A stretch of 64,000 nucleotides of DNA from Microcoleus sp. (GCA_052279835.1 CP181291.1:2240001-2304000), one strand, 5' to 3'. Counted from the stretch's first letter, positions 9,601 to 20,586 are shown. The notes: a model not told the origin generated them from the letters alone. Program-made: numbers and translations.

Positions 9601-11347
9601 CAGCCGTGGTAAGACTTACCTTTGCGTCCAAGATATTTACAAACAAGGCTTCGATAATTGCTACATCCAACTCTTAGAAAAATTTGAAGTCAAAGCCTAT
9701 ATTACCGTCCCCATTTTTTGCGGAGAAAAACTTTGGGGCTTACTCGCATCTTATCAAAATACAGCCCCCCGCCAGTGGAGCGAAGCTGAAATCAACGTCG
9801 CAGTTCATATAGGTACGCAGCTAGGAGTCGCCTTGCAACAAGCTGAATTGCTAGCCCACACTCAAAGACAGTCAATGGAACTAATTAAATCTCAAGGAAA
9901 TGCCGAAGTTGCCAATCGTGCCAAAAGCCAATTTCTCGCATCAATGAGCCACGAACTCCGCACCCCACTCAACGCTATTCTTGGTTTTTCTCAAGTCATG
10001 GCTAGAAACATTTCCATCACTAAAGAACAAAAAGAATACATCGAAATCATCAATCGCAGTGGCGAACATTTGTTGGAACTCATCAATGATGTATTATCCA
10101 TGTCTAAGATAGAATCGGGTCAGATTAGTATCAATGAAAATAGCTTTAACCTCTACAAACTTATCGATATCCTGAAAGAAATGCTGCAATTAAAAGCGAA
10201 TTCTAAAGGCTTGCAGCTAATCTTTGATCTACCGGATAATTTACCAAAATACATTCAAACTGATGAATCAAAATTGCGACAAGTTTTAATTAACCTGATC
10301 GGAAACGCTATTAAATTTACTGTGAAGGGAAGCGTTAGTCTGCGAGTCACAAGCCAACTAGAAGAAACTTTAGATGGAGCCAAAAAATGCCAATTAATTT
10401 TTGAAGTAACTGACACAGGCCCTGGTATTTCTTCGGAAGAAATTAACACTTTATTTCAGCCCTTCGTGCAAACAGATACCGGACGTAAATCGATGCAAGG
10501 AACTGGTTTAGGCTTACCGATTAGTCAACAGTTTGTCCGAATTATGGGAGGTGATATATCAGTTAAAAGTCAAATCGATCGAGGCACAACTTTTACCTTT
10601 AATATCCAAGTGAATGTGATAAGAAAAATTGATGAAGTAGAGAAAGCTAGCACCAAACAAGTCATTTCCTTAGAAGCCGGACAGCCAGTTTATCGGATAT
10701 TGATAGTTGAAGATGTACTAGAAAACCGTCAACTGTTAATCGAGATTTTGAAACCATTGGGATTTGAAATTATCGAAGCTTGTAACGGTGAAGAAGCTGT
10801 GGCTTTGCACGAAAGCTGGAAACCGCACCTGATCTTGATGGATATGTTGATGCCCATTATGGACGGGTATGAGGCAACCAGAAAAATTAAGCAAACTCCT
10901 GAAGGCGAAAAAACCATCATTATTGCCCTGACTGCTAGTGCTTTTGAAGAACAGCGACAAGTAATTTTTGCCACTGGTTGTGATGATTTTATCTGTAAAC
11001 CCTTTCGGGAAGAAGTGCTGTTTGATAAAATAGCCGATCGCCTAAAAGTGCGTTATATTTATGAAGAAGAAAAGCCATCTACTTCTGTGCCACCCCTGAC
11101 ATCTCCCAAAATTTTAACCCCAGAGGATTTGAGTGTAATGCCCAGAGACTGGTTGGTCAATTTGTATCAAGCAGCAATTTGCGTTGATGACAGTGGCCTA
11201 CTGAAACTTATCCAGCAAATCCCTGAAAGTGAGGCAAATCTCGCTACGGCCTTAACAGATTTGGTCGAAAACTTTCGGATAGATATCATCATCGATCTCA
11301 CTCAATTATATTATGATGAACGACCATCCACTGCCAGTGACTCCTAA
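6638..11347 (+). CDS. Multi-sensor hybrid histidine kinase (REC-PAS-GAF-PAS x3-CBCR GAF-HisKA-HATPase-REC)
   Basis: N-terminal receiver ILLDVVMP; PAS/PAC repeats (DISDRK); H-box MSHELRTPLN; NLIGNAIKFT; DTGPG; GTGLGL; C-terminal receiver ILMDMLMP; ATG at 6638 follows GAGGG. Confidence 0.93.
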   Translation: MLINSENIQILIIDDRPNNLRFLSNILTKEGYKVQRSISGELTVNSDFDSIPDLILLDVVMPRMNGYEVCERLKANEKTSEIPVIFLSILHEAYHKVKAFEVGGVDYITKPFQVEEVLARVKNQLTIQHLSKQLKEQNAQLQREVAVRNTTEQALRESQARLQKLATNIPGVIYQFVMNGEGKLNFEYISSDCLTIYELDSEQILNNPELCFEQNHPDDRKNIENAVLMSAQTLSPFACEWRIITPSGKIKWLQSNSRPEMRSNGDIVWYGVLFDISDRKQSDLEKAAAKTALERQVQRELLIGKITQQIRSSLQPDEIFQTAVTQIGQTFGVNRCLIHTYITSPQVDIPLAAEYLEPDCESIRHISIPIWGNPHVVQMMIQDRAIASNNVYSDPLLQAALPLCHEVNLKSMLAIRTSYQGEANGAICLHQCDRYREWTEDEIDLLETVAAQVGIAIAQAKLLEREQQRLQQLDRQNKHLQAEVRTRVRAEQALQESEAELRAIFAGMTDLVLVRNAEGRCIKIAPTSASSLIKPPSEMINKTAHEVLPQSIADQLLATIKQVLITKESINIEYNYTLEGREIWLDAKVSPLSEDSVIIVARDISDRKQTESALRESQHFIQAIADSNPNLLYVYDLIEQRNVYTNRQITGMLGYTSPEIQDMGTEMMVNLMHSDDLPAFFESVKKFNLAQDGDVLECQYRMKHKNGEWRWFYSWDTVFVRQTNGKPKQILGTANDITDRKIAEEKLLESQQRISFLLQQTPIVIIELNINLEVITWNPAAENIFGYSKAEVIGHKVPDFIVPENCSQQISIFFNNNMTGEFSTTSTTYETQTKDGKKVICEWYNTPLINEKGRAIGIGLMAVDITERQQAEMELQESALRQRAIARIIEKMRQTLDIREIFQATTRELRQTMKCDRVAIYRFNSDWSGEFVAESVDNNWISLIQEQQIDPNFTEDSLESEKCLVQKFDSSLQEVCDTYLQETQGGPYSRGKTYLCVQDIYKQGFDNCYIQLLEKFEVKAYITVPIFCGEKLWGLLASYQNTAPRQWSEAEINVAVHIGTQLGVALQQAELLAHTQRQSMELIKSQGNAEVANRAKSQFLASMSHELRTPLNAILGFSQVMARNISITKEQKEYIEIINRSGEHLLELINDVLSMSKIESGQISINENSFNLYKLIDILKEMLQLKANSKGLQLIFDLPDNLPKYIQTDESKLRQVLINLIGNAIKFTVKGSVSLRVTSQLEETLDGAKKCQLIFEVTDTGPGISSEEINTLFQPFVQTDTGRKSMQGTGLGLPISQQFVRIMGGDISVKSQIDRGTTFTFNIQVNVIRKIDEVEKASTKQVISLEAGQPVYRILIVEDVLENRQLLIEILKPLGFEIIEACNGEEAVALHESWKPHLILMDMLMPIMDGYEATRKIKQTPEGEKTIIIALTASAFEEQRQVIFATGCDDFICKPFREEVLFDKIADRLKVRYIYEEEKPSTSVPPLTSPKILTPEDLSVMPRDWLVNLYQAAICVDDSGLLKLIQQIPESEANLATALTDLVENFRIDIIIDLTQLYYDERPSTASDS

Positions 11348-13340
11348 AGATATTCTGATCGTTGACGATATGCCGGATAACTTGCGACTTTTATCCACTA
11401 TGCTGACATCTCACGGCTATCAAGTTAGGAAGGCTATTAACGGACAACTTGCTTTGCAAGGAGCACAAATGTCTCCTCCGAATCTAATTTTGTTAGATAT
11501 TAATATGCCGCAAATGAACGGCTATCAAGTTTGTGAAAATTTAAAAAAGAATGAAAACACTAAAGATATTCCGATCATTTTTATTAGCGCCCTAGATGAT
11601 GTATTAGAAAAAGTAAAAGCTTTTCAAGTAGGAGGAGTAGACTATATTACTAAGCCATTTCAAATAGAAGAGGTTTTGGCCCGTGTTGAAAGCCAACTTT
11701 CCTTGCGCTCTTTGCAATCAAAACTGCAACAACAAGCTAGAGAGTTGCAAGAGCGCAATGCTTTGTTGGAACAAGAAATTAGTGAAAGAAAGCGGGCTGA
11801 AGAAGAAATCAGGTTTTTGCTGGAAACTACGCGGGCGATCGGCGAATCCGTGGATTTTAACTCTGCTTTAGAAGTAATTTTGCAGCAAGTTGGCGAAACA
11901 ATCGGATGGGATTTAGGAGAAGCTTGGATTCCTGATGCCGAAGGAAATTTCTTGAAATCGAGCCGCGGTTGGTATGGTAGAGATACCACTATGGAAATCT
12001 TCCGCCAGCAAAGCGAAAACTTGACATTTGCTAGAAATATCGGGCTACCAGGACGAGTTTGGGTTTCCCGGAAACCTGAATGGGTAGAAGATGTTTCCGT
12101 GGGATACCCAGAATTTATGAGAACTAAAATAGCGCTAGAAATCGGATTTAAAGCAGGTTTTGGTGTCCCTATTTTAGTCGGCGATGAAGTATTAGCAGTC
12201 CTAGTTTTTTTTAAACTTTTATCTTGTCCCAAGGATTCGCGATTTATTGACATTTTTAATATTGTTTGCACTCAATTAGGTTCTTTAATTCAGCGAAAAA
12301 AAGCAGAAGAATCTCTTAAAATAGCTGAAGAAAGATATCACAGTATCGTAGAAAATGCCATGGAAGGTATTTTTCAAAGTACCCCTTCAGGACAATTTAT
12401 CAGCGCTAATCCAGCCTTAGCAAAATTGTATGCTTACGAATCCCCTTCCGAGCTGATGTCAAGCATTCACAACATTTCCGAGCAACTTTATATTGATGCC
12501 GAACGCCGTCGGGAATTTGTAGTTGCTATGGATGCGAATAATGCTGTTTCTGGGTTTGAATCGAGGGTTAAACGTAAGGATGGTGCTTGGATTTGGGTAT
12601 CGGAAAATGTCCGGGCAGTTCGCGATTCAGAAGGTAAGTTAATGTACTATGAAGGTACTGTTTCTGATATTACAGAGCGAAAATTAGTCCAAGAAGCGCT
12701 GAGTTTTCAACAGGATCAAACTGAGAAATTGCTGTTGAATATTTTGCCCAAACCCATAGCCGAAAGATTGAAAGTTGAGCAAAGCACGATTGCTGACAGT
12801 TTTGAAGAAGTAAGTGTTTTATTTGCTGACATTGTTGGGTTTACTGAGTTGTCCGCTAGAATGTCTCCGACGGAACTCGTAAAGCGTTTAAACGTGATTT
12901 TTTCCCAATTCGATCAATTAGCAGAAGAGTACGGTGTGGAAAAAATTAAGACTATTGGTGATGCTTACATGGTAGTTGGAGGATTACCTACACCCAGAGA
13001 TGACCACGCTGAGGCGATCGCGGAAATGGCCCTGGAAATGCAAGCAAAAATAGCAAAATTGTCCGTCCAAACAGGGGAATATTTGGCAATTCGCGTGGGT
13101 ATCAATTCTGGACCAGTAGTTGCGGGAGTGATTGGTGTTAGCAAATTTACTTACGATTTGTGGGGAGATACTGTGAATGTGGCGGCGAGGATGGAAGTTA
13201 CAGGACTTGCAGGCAGTATTCAAGTTACGGATGTTACTTATGAGCTTTTGAAAGATAAGTATTTGTTTGAGAATCGAGGTTTGACTCCGATCAAAGGTAA
13301 GGGGGATATGGTGACATATTTGCTCAAAGGAAGAAAGTAG
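11313..13340 (+). CDS. Class III adenylate cyclase with REC-GAF-PAS input domains
   Basis: [36 protein letters not shown]-terminal receiver; overlaps the kinase 3' end. Confidence 0.93.
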   Translation: MMNDHPLPVTPKDILIVDDMPDNLRLLSTMLTSHGYQVRKAINGQLALQGAQMSPPNLILLDINMPQMNGYQVCENLKKNENTKDIPIIFISALDDVLEKVKAFQVGGVDYITKPFQIEEVLARVESQLSLRSLQSKLQQQARELQERNALLEQEISERKRAEEEIRFLLETTRAIGESVDFNSALEVILQQVGETIGWDLGEAWIPDAEGNFLKSSRGWYGRDTTMEIFRQQSENLTFARNIGLPGRVWVSRKPEWVEDVSVGYPEFMRTKIALEIGFKAGFGVPILVGDEVLAVLVFFKLLSCPKDSRFIDIFNIVCTQLGSLIQRKKAEESLKIAEERYHSIVENAMEGIFQSTPSGQFISANPALAKLYAYESPSELMSSIHNISEQLYIDAERRREFVVAMDANNAVSGFESRVKRKDGAWIWVSENVRAVRDSEGKLMYYEGTVSDITERKLVQEALSFQQDQTEKLLLNILPKPIAERLKVEQSTIADSFEEVSVLFADIVGFTELSARMSPTELVKRLNVIFSQFDQLAEEYGVEKIKTIGDAYMVVGGLPTPRDDHAEAIAEMALEMQAKIAKLSVQTGEYLAIRVGINSGPVVAGVIGVSKFTYDLWGDTVNVAARMEVTGLAGSIQVTDVTYELLKDKYLFENRGLTPIKGKGDMVTYLLKGRK

Positions 13341-13341
13341 A

Positions 13342-13425
13342 AATTGGGAATTGGGAATTGGGAATTGGGAGTTGGGAATTGGGAGTTGGGAATTGGGAAT
13401 TGGGAATTGGGAATTGGGAATTGGG
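13342..13425. repeat. STRR heptamer tandem repeat (AATTGGG) x12
   Basis: Directly visible, with two AGTTGGG variants. Confidence 0.95.
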
Positions 13426-13612
13426 CCTTTTGGCTTCGCCATCAGGTAAATTGTCTCGAAACATCCCGATCGTGCAATAATGATAGGACTTGCACACAAA
13501 CTCTATTAGTAGAGTGGGCATTCCCCACGTTACCGCTACATATAGAGTTTCAACTGTCAACCCGTGTAAGTTCCAAATCAAACCGGCTGTTGCTCTACAC
13601 AATTTTTTCCTA

Positions 13613-14641
13613 ATGGCTGAAGTCCCCCAAAATCCCGCAGAACTTGCAGAAGCCCTCAAAGGCTTTACGGATATCAATTTTCAATTACCCGATCCCGAAG
13701 ACGAACAAATACCAGACTTCGATTTTGACAATCAGGTTGACAATGCCTGGAAAGTATGCGATCGCTTTGACTTACAAACAGATATCTGGCGGGGACGGAT
13801 TCTCCGAACAGTCAGAGACAGAGAAAAAAAAGGCGGTGATGGACGCGGTACCGGCTTTTTGAACTGGCTAAAAGAACGAGAAATAGGCAAAAGTCAAGCC
13901 TATTCTCTCATAGAATTAGCTAAGAGTGCCGATACCTTGATCGAGCAAGGAGATTTAGACCCCGATTCCATTAGAAACTTCAGCAAAAGAGCCTTTGTAG
14001 AAACCGCCAAAGCATCTCCCGAAGTACAGCTAATGGTAACAGATGCGGCCGGAAAAGGCGATCGTATTACCAGGCGCGAAGTTAAACAACTCTCCGACGA
14101 ATGGATGGCTTTGAACTCCGACTTACTCCCAGAAGAAGTCAAAGAGAAAGCATCCACAGGTTCCCTACCTTCCCGCTACCTAGCCCCTTTAGTCAAAGAA
14201 ATGGAGAAACTATCTCCATCTCACCAAATTGAAATTCAAAAAGAAGTAGCAGAAAATCCCGACGTAGATACAGTCAAACAACTAACTTCCGATGCCAAGA
14301 ATTTATCTAAATATCTCGATTCCGCGGCCCAAGTCCAGGCGCTCAATCAGTCTCATTTAGATATGGAAATGGCCTTAGAAGAATCCTTGCGAGTAGGCTG
14401 TTTGGGAACCACCGCCGACGTTGTAAAACAGGCAGCGCAACTCGAACAAACAGTAATCAAACTATACACAATTTGGAAACGTTTAGGCAGTTTAACAGAT
14501 AGATTGTATGTCGATACAGGAGCCAGCACACCGAATTTGCGATTACTTCTAGGATGTTTAGATACTCTTTCTGGAGAGAAGATCGAGGTTGATTTCGGAG
14601 ATGGAGAACGCTCTATTCGTTTGCAAATTATTAGCGAGTAA
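13613..14641 (+). CDS. Hypothetical protein, helical, with possible DUF3102-like region
   Basis: 342 aa from MAEVPQ; segment GFLNWLKEREIGKSQAYSLIELA resembles DUF3102-type helices. Confidence 0.75.
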   Translation: MAEVPQNPAELAEALKGFTDINFQLPDPEDEQIPDFDFDNQVDNAWKVCDRFDLQTDIWRGRILRTVRDREKKGGDGRGTGFLNWLKEREIGKSQAYSLIELAKSADTLIEQGDLDPDSIRNFSKRAFVETAKASPEVQLMVTDAAGKGDRITRREVKQLSDEWMALNSDLLPEEVKEKASTGSLPSRYLAPLVKEMEKLSPSHQIEIQKEVAENPDVDTVKQLTSDAKNLSKYLDSAAQVQALNQSHLDMEMALEESLRVGCLGTTADVVKQAAQLEQTVIKLYTIWKRLGSLTDRLYVDTGASTPNLRLLLGCLDTLSGEKIEVDFGDGERSIRLQIISE

Positions 14642-14710
14642 ATCCACTTTCAAATATAGGCGCACCATTTCAGCAACAGGCCGGAAAGCCAGTTCCACAA
14701 AGACTCAATT

Positions 14711-14831
14711 GGGTGCATCTGTGTTTGGCAAATATATTCGTAGGGGCGAAGCATGACCGCAGTAAATCTCTGGTTATGACTAATAAATTGTCTGCCGTCA
14801 GGCTTCGCGCTTACCAAATCGGGATGATCCC
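14711..14831. repeat. 121-bp dispersed MITE/REP-like element, copy 2
   Basis: Same length, ends and internal GTAGGGGCGAAGCATGACCGC as 3492-3612. Confidence 0.85.
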
Positions 14832-14871
14832 GACTCAATCTGATTGTGGAACAGGCCCGAAAGCCTCAAAC

Positions 14872-15690
14872 TTAATTCTTAATCCCCGTCGTCGCAATAC
14901 CCCGCATAAACTGCCGTTGACCGACCAAAAACAGCAACACCACTGGCACTGTCCCAATTACCACCGCGGCCATCAACAAGGGCCAACTGCTAGTAAACTG
15001 TTCCTGAAACTCCGCCAAAGCTAACTGTACGGTACGCAACTCTGGGCGCGTGGTAAACACCAGGGGCTTAAACAAATCGTTCCACTCGCCGATAAACGTA
15101 AATAAAAACAGCGTCACCAAAGCAGGGCGGGCCAAAGGCAACATCACTTGCCACAAAACCTGCCAGCGGTTTGCCCCATCCAGCATGGCGGCTTCTTCCA
15201 ATTCCACGGGAATTGTCAGGAAATACTGACGTAGGAGAAAAATCCCAAAACCATTAGCAGCCGTGGGTAAGATTAGCGCCCCGTAGGTATTGAGCAAATG
15301 GCCCCACTTCAAAACTAAGAAAATGGGAATCACCAAAAGCTGAAAGGGAATTACCAGGGTTGCCAAAACCACCAACACTAAGGCTTGTCGCCCTCGAAAC
15401 TTCAGCCTGGCCAAGGCATAGCCGGCTAAAGCTGAAGTTACTACCTGAAAACCAGTTACTGCGATCGCCACTAGAGTAGAATTAACAAATGCCAACAAAA
15501 AATTACCGCGTCGCCAAGCCTCCTGATAATTCGCAAAAGTCCAGCCCGTGACCTTGACACCGACACCCGATGGTGATAAAGAAACCAAAAATACAGCACC
15601 TAGAGGCAACAGCACCAGTGCTGCCCCCCCTAGCAACCCCATAAAACTCAGCAGTTCCAGTGCCCTAGATCTGTCCAAAGATTTGCCCAT
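14872..15690 (-). CDS. Carbohydrate ABC transporter permease (MalG-like)
   Basis: EAA motif ELEEAAMLDGAN; AGYALAR; several TM helices; start taken at MGKSLD. Confidence 0.9.
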   Translation of the reverse strand: MGKSLDRSRALELLSFMGLLGGAALVLLPLGAVFLVSLSPSGVGVKVTGWTFANYQEAWRRGNFLLAFVNSTLVAIAVTGFQVVTSALAGYALARLKFRGRQALVLVVLATLVIPFQLLVIPIFLVLKWGHLLNTYGALILPTAANGFGIFLLRQYFLTIPVELEEAAMLDGANRWQVLWQVMLPLARPALVTLFLFTFIGEWNDLFKPLVFTTRPELRTVQLALAEFQEQFTSSWPLLMAAVVIGTVPVVLLFLVGQRQFMRGIATTGIKN

Positions 15691-15868
15691 AAACTTGTGA
15701 ATTAATCTAAAATAATAACCTTGTGAGGCTCTCAAACCCGATCTCCTCCCAGATTCCCACACAACCGCGAATTTTTAGTCAAAAATAGGTAAAGTGTACT
15801 GTCACTGACCCCAAATTTTAAAGGGGTGTCCAAACATCCTACAGGTTATTCAGGAGACTACATATCAT

Positions 15869-16561
15869 ATGCCACAGCTTGAGGCCATCCCAGCAATTGA
15901 CTTTCAAACCGAAACTTACAAAGATGCTTACAGCCGAATCAACGCGATTGTGATTGAAGGCGAACAAGAAGCTCACGACAATTACTTGACACTGGCCCAA
16001 ATGTTGGCTGACAAAAAGGAAGAGTTAATTGGTTTGTCCAAGATGGAGAACCGCCATATGAAAGGCTTCCAAGCTTGTGGCCGGAATCTCAAAGTCACGC
16101 CGGACATGGTATTTGCCAAGGAGTTCTTTTCAGAACTGCACGGGAATTTCCAAAAGGCATCTGCCGAAGGTAAGGTTGTAACTTGCTTGCTGATTCAATC
16201 CCTGATTATCGAATGCTTCGCGATCGCCGCCTACAATATTTACATTCCCGTCGCTGACGACTTTGCCCGCAAAATCACTGAAGGCGTAGTCAAAGAAGAA
16301 TACACCCACCTCAACTTTGGGGAAGTGTGGCTGGAAGCTCACTTTGAAGAATCCAAAGCTGAACTCGAAGCAGCCAACCGCCAAAACTTGCCCATCATCT
16401 GGAGACTACTAAACAAAGTCGCAGATGATGCTCAAGTCTTGGGAATGGAAAAAGATGCTTTAATTGAAGACTTTATGATTGCCTACGGTGAAGCCCTGAA
16501 AAACATTGGCTTTAACAACCGTGACATCATGCGAATGTCAGCACAAGGTCTCATAGGCTAA
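15869..16561 (+). CDS. ado: Aldehyde deformylating oxygenase
   Basis: [32 protein letters not shown]-like [14 protein letters not shown]; directly upstream of aar. Confidence 0.97.
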   Translation: MPQLEAIPAIDFQTETYKDAYSRINAIVIEGEQEAHDNYLTLAQMLADKKEELIGLSKMENRHMKGFQACGRNLKVTPDMVFAKEFFSELHGNFQKASAEGKVVTCLLIQSLIIECFAIAAYNIYIPVADDFARKITEGVVKEEYTHLNFGEVWLEAHFEESKAELEAANRQNLPIIWRLLNKVADDAQVLGMEKDALIEDFMIAYGEALKNIGFNNRDIMRMSAQGLIG

Positions 16562-16577
16562 TCAAGTATAAAATCAG

Positions 16578-16628
16578 GAAGGGAAAAGGAAAAATTTAAA
16601 AAAATTAATTTTTCCTTTTCCATTCTTC
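16578..16628 (+). terminator. Stem-loop downstream of ado
   Basis: GGAAAAGGAAAAATT...AATTTTTCCTTTTCC inverted repeat. Confidence 0.5.
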
Positions 16629-16770
16629 ATCCATCACAATGGTTTGTAACCTAATTAATGGGAACATGAGGAATCAGATAAAAATTAAAAATTAAAATTT
16701 TTTAATTTTCCCTTCTTCCTTCTTCTTTTTTCCTTTTTCCTTTTTCCTTTTTCCTTAATCTGACAACTGA

Positions 16771-17793
16771 ATGTTTGGTTTAATCGGTCACTTAACCAGC
16801 TTAGAACACGCCCAATCGGTAGCTAACGAGCTGGGCTATCCAGAATATGCCGATCAAGGTCTTGATTTTTGGTGCAGCGCACCGCCCCAAATAGTCGATA
16901 ATATAACCGTGACCAGCATCACTGGGCAAAAAATAGAAGGTCGCTATGTGGAGTCCTGTTTTCTGCCAGAAATGCTAGCCACTCGCCGGATTAAAGCAGC
17001 CACCCGCAAAATCATTAACGCGATGGCACACGCTCAAAAAAACGGGATTAATATCACGGCTTTAGGTGGGTTTTCATCGATCATTTTTGAAACCTTCAAC
17101 TTGCAGCAAATTAAGCAAATTCGCAATCTCAAGTTGGAGTTTGAGCGATTCACCACAGGTAATACTCACACTGCTTACATCCTCTGTCGCCAAGTAGAAC
17201 AAGCAGCCCCCAAATTGGGGATTGAACTGTCCAAGGCTACTGTGGCGGTTTGCGGTGCTACTGGGGATATTGGCAGTGCCGTGTGTCGCTGGCTCAACGT
17301 TAAAACCAATGTAGCAGAATTGTTGCTAATTGCCCGCGACAAGGAACGTTTGCAAGACTTGCAGACAGAATTAGGGCGAGGCAAAATTATGGGTTTGGAA
17401 GAGGCGCTACCCCAGGCTGATATTGTCGTCTGGGTAGCGAGTATGCCGAAGGGAGTAGAAATCGATCCCTCTACATTGAAGCAACCTTGTTTGCTAATTG
17501 ATGGGGGCTATCCCAAAAATTTGGGAACTCAGATTCAGCATCCCGAAATCTACGTGCTCAATGGCGGCATTGTGGAGCATTCCCTCGATATTGAGTGGAA
17601 AATCATGAAGATTGTCAATATGGATGTACCGGGAAGACAGTTGTTTGCCTGTTTTGCTGAATCCATGCTGCTGGAATTTGAAAAGTTGTACACCAATTTT
17701 TCTTGGGGACGCAATCAAATTACTGTGGAAAAGATGGAGCAAATTGGTGAGATTTCTGTCAAACACGGTTTTAGACCTTTGATGTCCTTCTGA
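16771..17793 (+). CDS. aar: Long-chain acyl-ACP reductase
   Basis: [43 protein letters not shown]. Confidence 0.97.
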   Translation: MFGLIGHLTSLEHAQSVANELGYPEYADQGLDFWCSAPPQIVDNITVTSITGQKIEGRYVESCFLPEMLATRRIKAATRKIINAMAHAQKNGINITALGGFSSIIFETFNLQQIKQIRNLKLEFERFTTGNTHTAYILCRQVEQAAPKLGIELSKATVAVCGATGDIGSAVCRWLNVKTNVAELLLIARDKERLQDLQTELGRGKIMGLEEALPQADIVVWVASMPKGVEIDPSTLKQPCLLIDGGYPKNLGTQIQHPEIYVLNGGIVEHSLDIEWKIMKIVNMDVPGRQLFACFAESMLLEFEKLYTNFSWGRNQITVEKMEQIGEISVKHGFRPLMSF

Positions 17794-17800
17794 TTTTGAA

Positions 17801-17843
17801 AATTAACAGTTAACAGTTAACAATGAACTGTTAACTGTTAATT
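17801..17843. terminator. Inverted repeat between convergent aar and terB-like genes
   Basis: AATTAACAGTTAACAGTT...AACTGTTAACTGTTAATT. Confidence 0.6.
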
Positions 17844-17844
17844 G

Positions 17845-18324
17845 TTACAAGAAGCTTTGAGAGCAGTTTTTGATAGTCATAACTTCCATAATCTTGTTGC
17901 CAAGTTCGTCGGAAATTTCCAAAGCGGCGGCAAGTTCAACTAAAAAATCCTGTTCCTCTTGAGTGAATATTCCATCTACCAATACCAAATCTGTGGCGAT
18001 CGCAAAAGCTGTGGCTCGAAGCTGAGGATTAAGGGTATTTTTAGCTGCTGCAAATAGCTCAGCCGGATTGTAAACCTCGCTCAGCTTGCGGACTTTCTTG
18101 AACAGTTCTGGGAAGTATTCGCTAGAATAAGAACTGAATAAGCGGATGTGGTTGGCGGCGAGAGTTTGTTTTTCGGCTTCGGAAATTTCACCGTCAGCAA
18201 CCACAGCTAATACTGAAATGGCTGTCACAGCTTCCGCAGGCGTGAGTTCGATCGCGTTGGTATTGTTGTTGGTAGTTCCAAACAGTTCAGCAGGATTTGG
18301 TCTTTGGTGGCTGTGGGATGGCAT
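17845..18324 (-). CDS. Tellurite resistance TerB family protein
   Basis: AVVADGEISEAE and DLVLVDGIFTQEEQDFL motifs; start uncertain. Confidence 0.85.
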   Translation of the reverse strand: MPSHSHQRPNPAELFGTTNNNTNAIELTPAEAVTAISVLAVVADGEISEAEKQTLAANHIRLFSSYSSEYFPELFKKVRKLSEVYNPAELFAAAKNTLNPQLRATAFAIATDLVLVDGIFTQEEQDFLVELAAALEISDELGNKIMEVMTIKNCSQSFL

Positions 18325-18547
18325 AGGGGCGCTGGGAAAGAGGCGAATAACACTCAACAGCGAGCTAAATGAGAGTGTAGCAAAAAATTCAGCTCAACTC
18401 CCTGGTTTTCCAAAGCGATAGGAAGCAATTGACCAATGAATATTGACAACTTCAACCGGGCCCTCTTTTGGAGCAACACCTAACACGGTAGGATCTCCAC
18501 AGAGTCGATCGACTCAACCTTACCAAAACATTATAGAAACTCTCAGC

Positions 18548-19540
18548 GTGCCAAACCCAGACCGGAAACCACTACTCTTAGATTTTGAAAAGCCCCTGGC
18601 AAAACTTGAAGCCCGAATTCACGAGATTCGCCAACTTGCAGCCGAAAACGGTGTGGATGTTTCCGAAGAAACATCCGAGGAAATTCGCAAGCTGGAAGCT
18701 CGAACAGACCAACTGCGGCAAGAGATTTTTAGCAGCCTCTCCCCCATGCAGCGGTTGCAACTAGCCCGTCACCCCCGTCGCCCCAGTACCCTCGATTACG
18801 TTCAGGCAATTAGCGACGAGTGGATTGAGCTTCACGGCGATCGACGGGGCGGCGACGACCCGGCCATGGTGGGTGGCATTGCCCGCATTGATGGGCGTCC
18901 CACGGTCATCATCGGCCACCAAAAAGGTCGCGACACCAAAGACAATATTGCCCGCAACTTCGGTATGGCGGCTCCCGGTGGCTACCGCAAAGCCCTACGA
19001 TTGATGGAACACGCCGATCGCTTCTCCATGCCAATTTTCACCTTTATCGACACTCCAGGGGCTTGGGCGGGCTTAGAAGCCGAACAGCTTGGACAAGGAG
19101 AGGCGATCGCCTGTAACCTCCGAGAAATGTTTCGCCTCGATGTTCCCATCATCTGTACCGTCATCGGCGAAGGCGGTTCTGGTGGCGCTTTGGGCATAGG
19201 CGTCGGCGAGCGATTGTTGATGCTAGAGCATTCCGTCTATACCGTTGCTACCCCCGAAGCGTGCGCCGCGATCCTCTGGAAAGACTCTGGGAAAGCTAAC
19301 TTGGCAGCCGAAGCTCTAAAAATTACTTCTTGGGATTTGAAAAACCTCGGCGTTCTCGATCAAATAGTACCAGAACCCATTGGTGGCGCTCACTCTAACC
19401 CCCTCAAGGCTGCGTCCATACTGAAACGAGCATTGTTGGAAAATTTAGCAGAACTGAGTCAGCTTTCCAGCCAGCAGCGCCGGGAACTGCGGTATCAAAA
19501 ATTCCGCCACATCGGTGTATTCACAGAAATTCCTGCTTGA
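18548..19540 (+). CDS. accA: Acetyl-CoA carboxylase carboxyltransferase alpha subunit
   Basis: [40 protein letters not shown] start inferred at 18548. Confidence 0.96.
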   Translation: MPNPDRKPLLLDFEKPLAKLEARIHEIRQLAAENGVDVSEETSEEIRKLEARTDQLRQEIFSSLSPMQRLQLARHPRRPSTLDYVQAISDEWIELHGDRRGGDDPAMVGGIARIDGRPTVIIGHQKGRDTKDNIARNFGMAAPGGYRKALRLMEHADRFSMPIFTFIDTPGAWAGLEAEQLGQGEAIACNLREMFRLDVPIICTVIGEGGSGGALGIGVGERLLMLEHSVYTVATPEACAAILWKDSGKANLAAEALKITSWDLKNLGVLDQIVPEPIGGAHSNPLKAASILKRALLENLAELSQLSSQQRRELRYQKFRHIGVFTEIPA

Positions 19541-19743
19541 GGCGATCGATTCCCAGGAATCAGTTCAGCAATTTTTAACAGAAAACTCATCTTCTCAATA
19601 CCGATGGATAATTCTGCGAATCTGCCAGCAATGTTATAATTTTTGATGTGACATCGGCTTAACATTTCTTAATGTTAATCTCAGAAATAACTGTTCCCAT
19701 GGGATATTCGATCGACTGAGTTTCCCCCATACCGAGTTTTTCT

Positions 19744-20469
19744 ATGAACTATCCGACAACAAAGCAGGCTCTGATTACCGGAGCAAGTAGCGGTATTGGC
19801 AAAGCCACGGCTCTAGCATTTGCCAAAGCCGGCATAAACCTGGCTTTAGTTAGTCGAGGGTCAGAAAACTTAGAAGCCGTTGCCGCCGCAGCCAGAGAAG
19901 TCGGAGTGAAAGCAGAAGCTTATCCCTTAGACTTGTCAAAAATTGACCAAGTGCAAAGTAGCATCAGTGCGATCGCAGCTCAATTTGGACCAGTAGATAT
20001 CCTGGTCAACAGTGCTGGGATGGGGTATACAGGTCCATTGACAGAAACGCCTCTAGCGGACTGGCAGAGAGTTTTAGACCTGAATTTGACTAGCGTCTGG
20101 CAGTGCATTCAAGGAATTTTGCCGTCCATGCGCGATCGAAAATCAGGAATCATCATCAACGTTTCCTCCATCGCTGGCAGCCAAGTCTTTCCGAATTGGG
20201 GACTATATTGCGTCAGCAAATTCGGTCTCATGGCTTTGTCTAAGGCTGTAGCGACAGAAGAACGGGCTGGCGGAATTCGTGTAACAACAATCTGTCCAGG
20301 TTCTGTCAACACTCCCATGTGGGACACAGAAACAGTCCAAGCCGACTTCGATCGCACAGCCATGTTAACTCCAGAAATCGTCGCCGAATCTATTCTGCAC
20401 GCAGTTCAGTTACCCGATGGCGCCGTAATTGAAGAAATCACCCTCATGTCGAATGCTGGAGTTTTGTGA
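19744..20469 (+). CDS. Short-chain dehydrogenase/reductase
   Basis: TGASSGIG, NSAG, YCVSK. Confidence 0.92.
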   Translation: MNYPTTKQALITGASSGIGKATALAFAKAGINLALVSRGSENLEAVAAAAREVGVKAEAYPLDLSKIDQVQSSISAIAAQFGPVDILVNSAGMGYTGPLTETPLADWQRVLDLNLTSVWQCIQGILPSMRDRKSGIIINVSSIAGSQVFPNWGLYCVSKFGLMALSKAVATEERAGGIRVTTICPGSVNTPMWDTETVQADFDRTAMLTPEIVAESILHAVQLPDGAVIEEITLMSNAGVL

Positions 20470-20586
20470 ACCAGAGATTTGAGAGTGCTGAGTTTTCTCG
20501 GAATTCAACAATCTTTGAATCTATAGCTATCTCCTCGAATCGAAAATCCCAAATCAAAAATCGATCTACCCTTACCCCAATTTTTT

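Noticed and set aside
12984..13677. ORFs with PIPNSQF / GNWELGI repeats (also 30331-30651 and 47984-48242)
   Set aside because: Translations of STRR heptamer arrays; not credible genes
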